A stretch of DNA of 64,000 nt, taken from positions 1 through 64,000 of the IMG/VR virus record IMGVR_UViG_3300036861_000610; one strand, written 5' to 3'. The position numbers and the translations under genes are program-made. This document shows, in pieces, positions 1-9,556 of the stretch. Origin of the DNA: a virus. The notes beneath the pieces were generated by a model. That model saw nothing but the letters and a program-made list of their open reading frames with translations, searched no databases and was not told the DNA's origin. Numbering within the stretch: position 1 is the stretch's first letter; the number at the start of each line of letters is the position of its first letter.

Positions 1-115
1 CGCGTGGGGATTAGCCCCCAGGGGTTGGGAGTAGGGGGCTTGAGGGTTGGTCCTTGGGTTCTGGGGGTGGGGGCTTTGGGGCTGGGGGATGGGGGTTGAC
101 ACCCCTTTAGTTGAT

Positions 116-283
116 TTAGCGGCGAGGGTCTCCGGTTTGGCCTGACCCGCGACAGGTCGAGCAGTTCTGGCCGCCAGTACCCCCGCACCGGCTACACGGG
201 GCGCGCCCCGGGTACTTGCCGGTGCCGCCACAGGTGGTGCAACCAATCTTCCCGCGGCCATTGCAGGTCATACACGTACCCAT
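116..283 (-). CDS. DnaJ-type zinc-ribbon microprotein (ZnF-1)
   Basis: MGTCMTCNGRG..CTTCGGTG..CSRCGGTG..CSTCRGSG: four CxxCxGxG motifs; SD AGGAGG upstream of ATG 283. Confidence 0.8.
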   Translation of the reverse strand: MGTCMTCNGRGKIGCTTCGGTGKYPGRAPCSRCGGTGGQNCSTCRGSGQTGDPRR

Positions 284-374
284 CTGATGAACCCTCCTGG
301 TGATTGACGCTGGTCGCTGCACCCTATCACAGGGGTACGTGGGGGTACGAGGGGTTGCTCTGGCGCTCCGCCTC

Positions 375-403
375 TTGACACCCCTACGTAGGGGTGGAAG
401 AGT
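375..403 (+). promoter_or_regulatory. Putative promoter with palindromic operator in the spacer
   Basis: TTGACA followed by the perfect palindrome ACCCCTACGTAGGGGT (380-395). Confidence 0.6.
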
Positions 404-453
404 GGGAGGAGCATCAGCACCAGCACCACGACTTCAAGTTCCTGGAGGAGCAG

Positions 454-960
454 ATGCCCGCCAAGGGCTCCTACACCGTCGTCAAGCCCAGCGCCGCCGA
501 ACTGAGCGCCGTCAAGCCCTACCTCATTGACAAGATCGTCCGCTGGGCCCAAGACGAAGGCCACTGCGAAACCGTCGAAGACGCCCTCAACACCGTCTTC
601 GGCGCCCGGCCCGCCAACGACTGGCGCGACAGCGACGGCTTCGACTGCTACGGCTTCGACGTCAACGGCTACAACGCCGCAGGCCTCGACGAAAACGGCT
701 ACGACAAGGACGGCTTCGACAGCGGCGGCTTCGGCAAGGACGGCTACAACAAGGAGGGCTACAACTACCAAGGATTCAACGCCCAAGGCTGGGACAAGGA
801 GGGCTACAACAACCGCGGATACAACGCCGAAGGAGTCAACCGCAAAGGCGAACAGGACGGCCGATTCGAGACCTACGTCAACGGCCTGTCCCGCGCCGAG
901 CGCAGCGAACTGATCCGCGTTCTGCGCAACAGCAACAACGACAACGGCAGATTCTGGTAA
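454..960 (+). CDS. Hypothetical protein with G-[FY]-[DN]-x-x pentapeptide repeats
   Basis: SD GGAGGAG before ATG 454; about 14 tandem repeats (GFDCY GFDVN GYNAA ...). Confidence 0.8.
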   Translation: MPAKGSYTVVKPSAAELSAVKPYLIDKIVRWAQDEGHCETVEDALNTVFGARPANDWRDSDGFDCYGFDVNGYNAAGLDENGYDKDGFDSGGFGKDGYNKEGYNYQGFNAQGWDKEGYNNRGYNAEGVNRKGEQDGRFETYVNGLSRAERSELIRVLRNSNNDNGRFW

Positions 961-1016
961 AACCAGCCCGCACCTGCCGTCATCCGCAACACCAACCAGA
1001 AGGAGAAGGAAACGCA

Positions 1017-1490
1017 ATGCCCAATGAGCCCTGGTACGAGAGCAGCAACCCCAGCCGCGTCGCCCGCGGCGGGACCTGGCGCATCTTCCTGTGGATCCTG
1101 GCGTGCTTGGCCTTCATCGGCCTGATCGTTGGCATCGTCTACGGCGTCAAGGTCCTCACCGCACCCGTCCGCGGCGCCGGAGACCAGGAAATCATCGTCA
1201 ACGACGGCCGCAATCGAGTCAACGCCCAGGAATGGTTCGAGAACCAGTACAACCTCATCCTGGCCACTGACCAGAAGCTCGACCAGGCCGCCGCCGACGC
1301 CGCCGCGCACCCCAACGACAGCTTCTACCAGACCAACTACACCGGCCTGAAGAACCGCTGCATCGACATGGTCGCCGCCTACAACGCCGAGGCCCAGAAG
1401 GTCTCGCGCGGAGACTGGCGCTCAGCCGACCTGCCCGCCCACATCAACAACACCGACCCCAGGACCGACTGCAAGGAGACTGCCCGATGA
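1017..1490 (+). CDS. Membrane-anchored hypothetical protein
   Basis: SD; one N-terminal TM helix; ATGA overlap with next gene. Confidence 0.8.
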   Translation: MPNEPWYESSNPSRVARGGTWRIFLWILACLAFIGLIVGIVYGVKVLTAPVRGAGDQEIIVNDGRNRVNAQEWFENQYNLILATDQKLDQAAADAAAHPNDSFYQTNYTGLKNRCIDMVAAYNAEAQKVSRGDWRSADLPAHINNTDPRTDCKETAR

Positions 1491-2020
1491 ACCGCCCCCG
1501 ATTCAACCGCTTCAAGTACGCCGCCGTTGCCCTGCTCGGCGTCGGCCTGCTCGCCTTCACCGCCGGCTGCACCGACTCGTCGAAGCTGCCGCAGAACGAC
1601 CCGCAGGCCAGAGCCAACTACGAGGCCCAAACCAGCAACGTCAAGGTGCCAGTACTCACCGACTCACTGGAACGGCGCAACGTTTCGGAACACCTCACCC
1701 GCAACAACGCCGCTGACCGCATCCGCTACATCTACCTCCTGGCCGACACCGGCGGCATCTACGCCTACTTCGTCATCAAGGGCAAGGTGTCCTCGACTGC
1801 CAGCCAGCTCACACCCACTGACGACTGGGCCAAGCGGTGCGACTCCTGCGGCTGGGAGCTGGTTCAGGGCGCCGGTGACGACGGCACCTTCGGTGGCGAT
1901 GAAGGCGGAATCTACTTCTTCACCGACACCGGCATGGAGGTCCAGTGGAACGGCCGGTGGCTGCTCACTGACCAGCCGCTGGTCATCAAGACCCCCACCC
2001 TGACCCTCACCACCAGCTGA
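1487..2020 (+). CDS. Putative lipoprotein
   Basis: Signal peptide with lipobox-like TAGC. Confidence 0.75.
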   Translation: MNRPRFNRFKYAAVALLGVGLLAFTAGCTDSSKLPQNDPQARANYEAQTSNVKVPVLTDSLERRNVSEHLTRNNAADRIRYIYLLADTGGIYAYFVIKGKVSSTASQLTPTDDWAKRCDSCGWELVQGAGDDGTFGGDEGGIYFFTDTGMEVQWNGRWLLTDQPLVIKTPTLTLTTS

Positions 2021-2034
2021 AGGAGAACAGAACC

Positions 2035-2316
2035 ATGATCAAAACCATCCTCGCATCAGCCGCCATCGCCGCGCTCGCCGCCACTGGCCCCACCAGCTGC
2101 AGCGACAAGCCCGGCCCCCACCGCCAGAACACGAGCACCCAGGACCTGGAGACGTTCGCCAAGTGCGACGACGACAATGGCCACGGGCCCGTGCATCCGT
2201 GTACGACCCGCGACGAGGACGGTAAGTGGATCGTGCACTTGCAGGGCGACAACGACTGCCCGTTCTACACCGTCCAGCCCAAGGATCAGGTCAAGTGCGT
2301 GAACGTGGTCAGGTAG
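2035..2316 (+). CDS. Secreted or lipoprotein hypothetical
   Basis: SD AAGGAG; hydrophobic N-terminus followed by TSC. Confidence 0.7.
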   Translation: MIKTILASAAIAALAATGPTSCSDKPGPHRQNTSTQDLETFAKCDDDNGHGPVHPCTTRDEDGKWIVHLQGDNDCPFYTVQPKDQVKCVNVVR

Positions 2317-2483
2317 GTGCCTGACAAGCCGCACCCGGTGGATCCAGCTTCACCACGCAACCCGCTGGGACGACCGCGGCCGATACACAGCCCGCCACAC
2401 CCAGTAGACCCCAAGCCTCCGAAGAAGTAATCCTCCGGGGCGGTGCCATCAGCACCGCCCCGGACCGCCCCCAGGAGAAACTC

Positions 2484-2810
2484 ATGCCATCCCCCACTCG
2501 CGACGCCCCAGCGTTCATCACCCAGAACACCAGCCGCAAAGTCACCTACACCCGCACCGTTGACACCACCGGCCGGGCCGCCGAGGCCATGGCCAAGCGC
2601 GGCGACATGGACCTTGTGCAGGTCCCCCACACCTTCGAGGTGGAACGCGTCGCCGGCCCCCGCGACACCAACGCCCGCTTCCGCTTCCTGGTCCCAGGCC
2701 AGATGCTCGTCGTTGCCGAAGACGACCTGCCCATCATCGAGGCGCTCATCATCGCCATGAACGCCGAGCGGCAGGCCACCGAAGAAGGCGACGGAGGTGT
2801 GGCTTCATGA
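2484..2810 (+). CDS. Hypothetical protein
   Basis: SD AGGAG; coupled to next ORF. Confidence 0.7.
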   Translation: MPSPTRDAPAFITQNTSRKVTYTRTVDTTGRAAEAMAKRGDMDLVQVPHTFEVERVAGPRDTNARFRFLVPGQMLVVAEDDLPIIEALIIAMNAERQATEEGDGGVAS

Positions 2811-3220
2811 TCAGCCTGATCAAGGCCGCCGTAGCACGGGTCAAGAAGAATTCTGGCTTTAATCTCACGGAAGCCCTTAAGCTTCCTGTCGAGGACCTCG
2901 CCTATGTCGTACTTCTCGACGCGAAGCGCAGGCACGCCCAGCTGGTTTTCAGCTTCCTTATCATGGGCAGTGGCCTTCTGACGCTGGTGTTTGATCTTAT
3001 CGGTCCCGCAGTCCTTGCTACTGCCGGTTGCTACCTCATCGCGGGCCTTTTCCTCCTCGATGTCATCGTCGTTTGGCTGAACCTGCGCCGGGGGCGCCGC
3101 TTCGTGCGGAAAGCTATCGAACGCAATAAGAGGCGCCAGACCATCGAGTATGACAAGGAGCAGAAGGCTGAGGCGTGGACCGCAGAGTTGATGTCGAGAT
3201 GGAACAGGACGCAGCCGTGA
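2807..3220 (+). CDS. Membrane protein
   Basis: Two hydrophobic helices; SD GGAGG; ATGA overlap. Confidence 0.7.
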   Translation: MISLIKAAVARVKKNSGFNLTEALKLPVEDLAYVVLLDAKRRHAQLVFSFLIMGSGLLTLVFDLIGPAVLATAGCYLIAGLFLLDVIVVWLNLRRGRRFVRKAIERNKRRQTIEYDKEQKAEAWTAELMSRWNRTQP

Positions 3221-4032
3221 GCAACGACAAAAACCAAAGAGAGACAGCATCCCCCGTGACAACTGAAGACTTCAGATCCGTCAGCGAAACTACCGAGGTT
3301 GTCAACGCAGAACCTATCGATGCGCCCGAGGTGGCAGGGCCGCCGGTCGACGACGTCATCACCATCGACCGGAAAATCGGCGCCACCCGCGCTGCTGTCA
3401 CCCTCACCTCCGGCCTCACCGTCACTGGGGCCTGGGCAGCCGGCGACTCCCAAGCCCTGCGGCGCCTCATCGAAAGCCTCATCGAAGTAACCGACGGCGC
3501 CACCGCCCGCGTCGACCGCGGAGTCAGGCGCATCGCCGACCTGGAAGATGCGCTGCGCGCAGTCCGAACCCAGCTCCGGGTCGCCCTCGACGAGGTTCAC
3601 GACCTGCATACCGAACGGGAAGTTATTCGACACGACCTTGGTCACCAGCTGGCTGAACAGCTGGGCGAAATCACCACCCTTCGCGCCGAGATCGACGGCG
3701 CCCGCGCCATAGCCATGCTGTCCCCCGACAAGGCGGAGCTGGTACGTGAACGGGACCAGCTCCGCAGCGCCCTTGCTACCGAGAAGCGTCGCGCCGATAC
3801 AGCTGTGGCCGCCTACCGGGAGCTGGAGGAACGGACCTCGGTTGACATGGCCATCGCTGAAGCTGATCGTGCCTACAACCTGAGGCGACAGGCTCTCGCC
3901 GCCGTGGAAACAGCCGAGGAAGCATTTGAGGACAAGTTGTGGAAGAAAGGCGGACGGTACCTGAGGCTCGCGAACACGTGGATCGCCTTGCTCAACGCCG
4001 GCAGCGAGCCGCTGGAGGCACCACCGGAATGA
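3217..4032 (+). CDS. Coiled-coil hypothetical protein
   Basis: GTGA overlap; heptad-rich C-terminal half. Confidence 0.7.
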   Translation: MSNDKNQRETASPVTTEDFRSVSETTEVVNAEPIDAPEVAGPPVDDVITIDRKIGATRAAVTLTSGLTVTGAWAAGDSQALRRLIESLIEVTDGATARVDRGVRRIADLEDALRAVRTQLRVALDEVHDLHTEREVIRHDLGHQLAEQLGEITTLRAEIDGARAIAMLSPDKAELVRERDQLRSALATEKRRADTAVAAYRELEERTSVDMAIAEADRAYNLRRQALAAVETAEEAFEDKLWKKGGRYLRLANTWIALLNAGSEPLEAPPE

Positions 4033-4694
4033 ATACCCGGGTTGTTGGACGGGTAACTCAACCAGCTCCCCAGGTCTGGATATACGACAAGCAGACAAAA
4101 AGTTGGATGGAGCCGGAGGCGGTTACCACACCCCCACTGGAGCAGATTGGAGAAGCCTTGAAGGCGATAGACCGAGAGCAGGCAGGTCTGGTGCAGGCCA
4201 TGCGGCTGGCGCGCGCTCGCGGCTTTTCCTGGGCGAAGATCGGAGTCATCCTGGGCGTCAGCCGCCAGGCCGCTCAGCAGCGTTTCGGGTTCGTAGACGA
4301 TGAGCTGCGCCGCCAAGGCAAGGAGGTGGTCGATGAACCAGAACCGGCCGTTGAGGCAACTTCCACGCCGCAGCCGCAGCCGCCTAAACCGGTCCACGCA
4401 GTAGCGCCCGAACCTCAATTCGACTTCTCGGCGATGGCCGGTATGACTGATGACGAGATTATCGCCATGGCTAAGAACCTGCCGATCGAGGCGAAGCTCT
4501 ATGACCCTTACCTCAGGGCACTGCGGGAAGCTATCGTCGTGACACTGCACAAACGCGGCATGGGCCAGGCGAAGATCGCGGCGATCATCCACAAATCTGC
4601 GCAGCGCGTGTCACAGATCATTGGTGACTACTACACCCGCAAGGAGCGGGAGTGGCAGGAGGAACGCGCTCGGTGGGGACAGGAGGGGGCGTAA
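4029..4694 (+). CDS. DNA-binding protein with two HTH motifs
   Basis: SWAKIGVILGVSRQAAQQRF and GQAKIAAIIHKSAQRVSQII. Confidence 0.75.
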   Translation: MNTRVVGRVTQPAPQVWIYDKQTKSWMEPEAVTTPPLEQIGEALKAIDREQAGLVQAMRLARARGFSWAKIGVILGVSRQAAQQRFGFVDDELRRQGKEVVDEPEPAVEATSTPQPQPPKPVHAVAPEPQFDFSAMAGMTDDEIIAMAKNLPIEAKLYDPYLRALREAIVVTLHKRGMGQAKIAAIIHKSAQRVSQIIGDYYTRKEREWQEERARWGQEGA

Positions 4695-4697
4695 AAC

Positions 4698-4982
4698 ATG
4701 AGCATGAGCATGTTCAGTAGACGGGCCAGTCTTACCAACCCCCAGTACTGTCAGGCATGGCGTGATTTGACAGCTGAAGAGGTTGTCACCTTCACTGCGC
4801 CGAAGCCTCGGGCCACCTGCCATCTCAACAAGGGGCACTTCGGTGACCACGAGGACAAGATCCTGGGGGTGGCGTGGAACGTCGCCGGCCGTCGGGAGCC
4901 AGTGTACTGGGCCGCCGAGCGTGATAAGGCCATCGAAAACAACATGCAGGATACCAAGGAGAAGGACGAGGCGACGTCGTGA
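4698..4982 (+). CDS. Hypothetical protein
   Basis: SD GGAGG; CxxxxGHxGxH motif. Confidence 0.65.
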   Translation: MSMSMFSRRASLTNPQYCQAWRDLTAEEVVTFTAPKPRATCHLNKGHFGDHEDKILGVAWNVAGRREPVYWAAERDKAIENNMQDTKEKDEATS

Positions 4983-5386
4983 CGGAGGGACCAGAGGAAC
5001 AGGACCCGCGCTGGACGGTGGAGACAGAGGAGATTACTGCTCAGGCGATCTACCAGTCCACACCTCATGCCGAGGACAACGTCTGGCATCACCTTTCACC
5101 CGACGGCGAAGCCCGGTGGTACATGCGGGAACGCGCCAAGGTAGTCCTCGACGCCTTGCACGGCATCGGGCTGCTTCTCCCGCCGGGCGGCAGTTCGTAT
5201 ATCGAGTACGGCTACGTCCGCCGGGACATTGGTAGTTCGTACAGCAGTCACGATCCGGTGGATGCAGCTCAGGCCTTTGCAAGGGCCGGGGGAGTGGCGG
5301 TAGCGCGCCGCGGAACTCGGGTGGCTATCGAGGGGCCGGAGACGGGCGGCCTTTACTACGGTCCATGGCAATTCGACGACGAGTAA
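4979..5386 (+). CDS. Hypothetical protein
   Basis: GTGA overlap; in operon order. Confidence 0.65.
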   Translation: MTEGPEEQDPRWTVETEEITAQAIYQSTPHAEDNVWHHLSPDGEARWYMRERAKVVLDALHGIGLLLPPGGSSYIEYGYVRRDIGSSYSSHDPVDAAQAFARAGGVAVARRGTRVAIEGPETGGLYYGPWQFDDE

Positions 5387-5391
5387 AAGTC

Positions 5392-5712
5392 GTGGTGCCG
5401 ACGCGGGTGCCGTGCGTGGGGGGCTGCCAGGCCCCCGAAGCGATTGTGGCTCCCCGACATGGTTACGGATACGGTCTTTACGATGGTGCTGGCACCCTCA
5501 AAAGGCCCGGGTCACAGTGGTGCTGTCGTGAATGTAGCGTCCTCTGGGAAGTGCAGAAACAAGAACTCAATGGATGGGAACGCTACCGGTACGAGTGGCA
5601 CAGGGTCCCTGAATGGAGGCAGCGTCGATATGACCGGAAGCTTCTTCAGCACCGCCGTACTCCATTCGTGAAACAGATTTGGCGTCTCATTAACAGCACA
5701 GCCAGGGGGTAA
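5392..5712 (+). CDS. Hypothetical Cys-containing protein
   Basis: Fills gap in operon; start uncertain. Confidence 0.5.
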   Translation: MVPTRVPCVGGCQAPEAIVAPRHGYGYGLYDGAGTLKRPGSQWCCRECSVLWEVQKQELNGWERYRYEWHRVPEWRQRRYDRKLLQHRRTPFVKQIWRLINSTARG

Positions 5713-5715
5713 ACA

Positions 5716-5907
5716 ATGAGGCGCGAGACCGAAGCGCTGCTGGCTGTGCTCGATGGTGATGAAAGTCAGTGTCGAGCACTTTTGGCGGCCATGCCGTCCC
5801 AGGAATTGCATCAGCTTCGCGGCGTCTTAGGCCAACTTCGGGAGATGACCTCGGAGGCGTATCACACCTCCCGGCGAAAGGTCTCCGGAGATGACACCTG
5901 GTTCTGA
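5716..5907 (+). CDS. Hypothetical protein
   Basis: SD AGGGGG; in operon order. Confidence 0.6.
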   Translation: MRRETEALLAVLDGDESQCRALLAAMPSQELHQLRGVLGQLREMTSEAYHTSRRKVSGDDTWF

Positions 5908-5934
5908 GAGAGCGGAAAGAAAGTTTTCAGCCCC

Positions 5935-6258
5935 GTGACTAAATACAAAAAATTGCCGGTTGAGAAAATCGTCAACGAATATGAGGTCGGTGACAGCCTG
6001 AGAGTATTAGCCAATCGATATGAGGTCGGATACGGGACTATCCGTAGAATTCTGGCGGCTTCCCGTGTGCCGATTCGAGGAACGGGTCGACACAGTGGAG
6101 ATGTTAAGCCGAGCCTTATTCCGTCGACCTACACCTCAAACTTCTGGGAAGACCCACCGAACGGAAACCTTGCTGCTCACGAGGTTACTCGGCTCCGTCA
6201 GGCGGTGGGCTGGGACGAGAGTTGGGCTGGCCCCTATGATGCGATCAACGGTGACTAG
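5935..6258 (+). CDS. HTH DNA-binding protein
   Basis: SLRVLANRYEVGYGTIRRIL HTH. Confidence 0.7.
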   Translation: MTKYKKLPVEKIVNEYEVGDSLRVLANRYEVGYGTIRRILAASRVPIRGTGRHSGDVKPSLIPSTYTSNFWEDPPNGNLAAHEVTRLRQAVGWDESWAGPYDAINGD

Positions 6259-6279
6259 TCGAGCCCCTGGAGCTGTGCG

Positions 6280-6957
6280 TTGATCTGCGAGTTGATAGCC
6301 CACACCGCCATCGTCAACCATCGGGCCATGGCCGACGCCGGCTACGTCTTTCACACCGAGGAGCGGGTGACCGATCCGGACAACCTGTCCGAGTTCGCCG
6401 GCCGCGGATGCTACGAATCCTGGGGCCGCCCCAACCCAGAAACGGCCACCAACCGCGGGTACCTGCACCACATCCTCGACGTGGCCCACACCTCGGTTCT
6501 GGAGCACGCCTCAGCGACGTTCTATGTGGCTGAAGTGTCCCGGGCTCTACTGATGGAGCTGCGCACCCATCGACTTTTGTCGTTCTCTGCCTTGTCCCAG
6601 CGTTATGTCGACTCGGCCAGCTCCAACGCCATTATTCCGCCCGCCCTCAGCCGTTACGGTGACGCGGCCAACCTGGTTCGCGAGCACCAGCGAGACTCAG
6701 TGGTCAGGTACGAAAGCCTCGTCGCCCAGCTCTCCTCGAAAGGGCTCAGTCGCAAAGAAGTCCGTGAAGCGGCCAGGGCAGTGCTGCCCAACTCCACCGA
6801 GACCCGGTTCGTGGTTACCGGCAACATGTGGGCCTGGCACTACGTCATCGGCCGGCGCATCACCCCGGATGCCGACGCCGAAATCCGGCAGCTGGCCGAC
6901 AGCATGTTGTACCAGCTCCGGGAGATCGCCCCCAACATCTTCCAGGACCTGCACTGA
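6280..6957 (+). CDS. thyX: Flavin-dependent thymidylate synthase ThyX
   Basis: EFAGRGCYES, HTSVLEH, RTHRLLSFSALSQRY (ThyX motif variant), EAARAVLPN, ADAEIR. Confidence 0.93.
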   Translation: MICELIAHTAIVNHRAMADAGYVFHTEERVTDPDNLSEFAGRGCYESWGRPNPETATNRGYLHHILDVAHTSVLEHASATFYVAEVSRALLMELRTHRLLSFSALSQRYVDSASSNAIIPPALSRYGDAANLVREHQRDSVVRYESLVAQLSSKGLSRKEVREAARAVLPNSTETRFVVTGNMWAWHYVIGRRITPDADAEIRQLADSMLYQLREIAPNIFQDLH

Positions 6958-6979
6958 CGTACAAGGCTCCCTTAGGGCC

Positions 6980-7008
6980 TTGACCCGTACGTAGGGGTGT
7001 GCCACGCT
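6980..7008 (+). promoter_or_regulatory. Putative promoter with palindromic spacer element, leaderless start at 7015
   Basis: TTGACC-CGTACGTAGGGGTGTGC-CACGCT (17-nt spacer). Confidence 0.55.
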
Positions 7009-7014
7009 AGGTGC

Positions 7015-7401
7015 ATGACACCCACCCCCATGGACCTCGATGCCGTCCAGGAGCGGCACGATTTGGCCTTCAAGCGCGTCCTGACCTCGGAGACCGGCGA
7101 GACGCTGGCTGAGTTCCGTGAGCGCGTGGACAGCGAGTACAACAGTGCCGCGTGGGACAGCGCCGAAGATGTCCCTGCCCTGCTCGCTGAGATCCGGCGC
7201 CTGCAGGTCTTCGACGTTGATGGGCCCGTGGAAGAAGACGCTGAAGTCTTCGATCGAGTCGAGGCGCCCAGCGACATGCCGATGCTCGGCGTTCGTTGGA
7301 CCGACAGCTACCAGATGCTGTCCTGGGGCGAGCTGCTCACCTTGGCCGAGTTCTACGGCGGGCGCCTGGTCGACGTCACCGGATCGGAGGCCGGCTCGTG
7401 A
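7015..7401 (+). CDS. Hypothetical protein (DVPxLLAEIxRL module)
   Basis: Module shared with 7398 and 7881 ORFs. Confidence 0.7.
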   Translation: MTPTPMDLDAVQERHDLAFKRVLTSETGETLAEFRERVDSEYNSAAWDSAEDVPALLAEIRRLQVFDVDGPVEEDAEVFDRVEAPSDMPMLGVRWTDSYQMLSWGELLTLAEFYGGRLVDVTGSEAGS

Positions 7402-7637
7402 ACAGCCTGAACCTGGCACACATCCGCCGGCACCTGGCGGCAGCGGAAGACAGCGCCCACATGGTTCTCAACGCCGGATCCAACCAACGAGTAGCCAACG
7501 AAATACACCTGGGCACCACCGCCCTCGTCCTGAACGACGCTCACCTGCTCGTGGCCGAGGTCGAACGCCTGCGTCGTGAAATTCGACAGTTGAAGCTGGA
7601 GTACGCCAAGTTGGCCCTGGGGCGAGGTGTGTCATGA
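7398..7637 (+). CDS. Hypothetical protein (LLVAEVERL module)
   Basis: SD GGAGG; GTGA overlap. Confidence 0.7.
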   Translation: MNSLNLAHIRRHLAAAEDSAHMVLNAGSNQRVANEIHLGTTALVLNDAHLLVAEVERLRREIRQLKLEYAKLALGRGVS

Positions 7638-7888
7638 ACGTCTTCCGACGTGTAGCCCTGGTGGCTGTTGCGCTGTTTAGCGTGGCCACGCTGGCCGGCT
7701 GTAGTGACCCGGCCAATCCTGCCGAAAACAACCACGCCAAAGTGTGCCAGCTCAACGGCGGTTCGATTCATAAGTACTCCCAGTACGGCGGCAAGTACTC
7801 GCGCTCCACCTACTGGTGCGAGGATTCGCAGCGCAACATCACTGACCTGTGGTTTGAGAACACGGACAAGGGCTACCGTGATGTCTGA
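7634..7888 (+). CDS. Putative lipoprotein
   Basis: Lipobox LAGC. Confidence 0.75.
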   Translation: MNVFRRVALVAVALFSVATLAGCSDPANPAENNHAKVCQLNGGSIHKYSQYGGKYSRSTYWCEDSQRNITDLWFENTDKGYRDV

Positions 7889-8210
7889 CGACCTGGACCT
7901 GGAGGCTATTCAGGAGCGAGCCGACGTGGCATACGACTATGTCGGCAGCGGATCCTGGCTCAGCGCCCGAGATGTACCTGACCTGCTGGCCGAGGTCGAG
8001 CGCCTTCGGGCTCTGGTCACTGGTAAGGACGTCGCCTACGGCTGGAAGGCCGCCCAGAAGGCCCTTCAAGCTGAAGCTGTCTACTACCAGGGGGACAACG
8101 ACCTGCTATCCGCTGCTCTGACCGAGGCCGCTGATCGTTTGGAGCGCATCCCGTACCCACACCAGAATCCCGGTGCAACTGAGGCAGAGGCGAGGACATG
8201 GCACCCATGA
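7881..8210 (+). CDS. Hypothetical protein (DVPDLLAEVERL module)
   Basis: N-terminus paralogous to 7015 ORF. Confidence 0.7.
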   Translation: MSDDLDLEAIQERADVAYDYVGSGSWLSARDVPDLLAEVERLRALVTGKDVAYGWKAAQKALQAEAVYYQGDNDLLSAALTEAADRLERIPYPHQNPGATEAEARTWHP

Positions 8211-8590
8211 GACTCAGCCGCCACTGCTACAACAAGCCTCACCGTTGCCCCGGTTGGATCGGCGGGGGCACACGCTGGGCCAAGGTTCACCGCTGCGATA
8301 ACGGCCGCATCGTCATGGACTACGACGATCCTTGGCGCAAATGGAGATTCAATCGTTGTGACACCTGCGACGTGGTCTGTTGGCCCATTGTCGTCAGGGA
8401 ACTGGACTGGCGCTGGTGGGGATGGCGCCTCGACAGCTTTTGGAGGTTCTGGATGCCGGAGCATGTGCTCTGGCCTGTTCAGAAGGGCATCGTCATCGGT
8501 CTGTACACCCGGCCGCTGAAGTTCAGAACCCTGGCGCTGAAGTTCGACAAGCGCTGGAAGACCGACGTTTGGGAGGAGATCGAGTTATGA
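8207..8590 (+). CDS. Trp/Cys-rich hypothetical protein
   Basis: ATGA overlaps at both ends. Confidence 0.7.
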   Translation: MRLSRHCYNKPHRCPGWIGGGTRWAKVHRCDNGRIVMDYDDPWRKWRFNRCDTCDVVCWPIVVRELDWRWWGWRLDSFWRFWMPEHVLWPVQKGIVIGLYTRPLKFRTLALKFDKRWKTDVWEEIEL

Positions 8591-8991
8591 GCACTACGAA
8601 CGCCCTGGAAGCTGCTCGGCGTGGGTACGCCTTCCTTGCCGGACCGGGCAAGCAGTGGGACTTCGAGGTGTCGCGACTCGACCCCGACACCTTGGACCTG
8701 AGCAGCGGCATGGACTGTGCCCTGTGTCAGGCCGGCAACGTCAACAACTACTGGGCCGCCATCGAGCGGCTGGCCATTGAAGGTCTCCCGGTGACCGACG
8801 AGGACAGCGCGGTGGCCCTTCCCCTCGACGCCTCTGGAGAAGTGTCCGTCCTCTACCTGTGGGAGCGCCGGCACGGCTTCCGCACCTTCGACTCATACAC
8901 CGACCCCACCGGCGAGGCCATCGGGGAACGCTACGACACCCTCACCCAGGCCTGGCGCCAGGTCATCAAGGAGCATCGCGATGGTCATTGA
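8587..8991 (+). CDS. Hypothetical protein (paralog of 16727 ORF)
   Basis: SD GGAGGAG; SRLDxxTL..C.LxQA..HGF..W pattern. Confidence 0.7.
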   Translation: MSTTNALEAARRGYAFLAGPGKQWDFEVSRLDPDTLDLSSGMDCALCQAGNVNNYWAAIERLAIEGLPVTDEDSAVALPLDASGEVSVLYLWERRHGFRTFDSYTDPTGEAIGERYDTLTQAWRQVIKEHRDGH

Positions 8992-9472
8992 CCAGACCTT
9001 CGGTCGCGAACAGCGCCTCCTCAATCTGGCCATCAAGCTGGAGCTGGGTACCGCCGACCAGGACGAGGTACTGGAGGCCGCCAACGCCTTGTCCCACACG
9101 GCCGGCGACCGGCTCCGGCTGGAGCACCGTGTCAATGCCCTGGAGCTGGGGCTGGCGTTTTTCATGCGGATCATGGAGATTTTCGCCAACGCCAGAGCCG
9201 ATCTGCTGTGGAACATCACCGACGGTTTTCCACAGTTCGCGGTCGATTGCAGCAGCATGTTCGACCGAGGATCAGTGGACGCTGAACCACTCACTCCAGA
9301 AAACCTGCACATTTTGGAGCAGGCCGTTCGGGATGTGCAGCAGATCCCCGGCATGGCCGACAGTGACTGGGGATCGACGCTGTTCGTCGCTCGTATCCGC
9401 GGGCGACGCCCACGGGGCCTTTTCCCAGAGCAACTGCAGGCCCTGTTCGATGCGGTTGGACCGCCACGATGA
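8981..9472 (+). CDS. Hypothetical protein
   Basis: SD AAGGAG. Confidence 0.7.
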   Translation: MVIDQTFGREQRLLNLAIKLELGTADQDEVLEAANALSHTAGDRLRLEHRVNALELGLAFFMRIMEIFANARADLLWNITDGFPQFAVDCSSMFDRGSVDAEPLTPENLHILEQAVRDVQQIPGMADSDWGSTLFVARIRGRRPRGLFPEQLQALFDAVGPPR

Positions 9473-9556
9473 CCCAGCCGCGACCGCGGGTGGGGCCAAG
9501 AAGGTCCCTGCTGGGAGACGGTATGACCGACCTGGCGCCTGAAGGTGGTGACTGAC

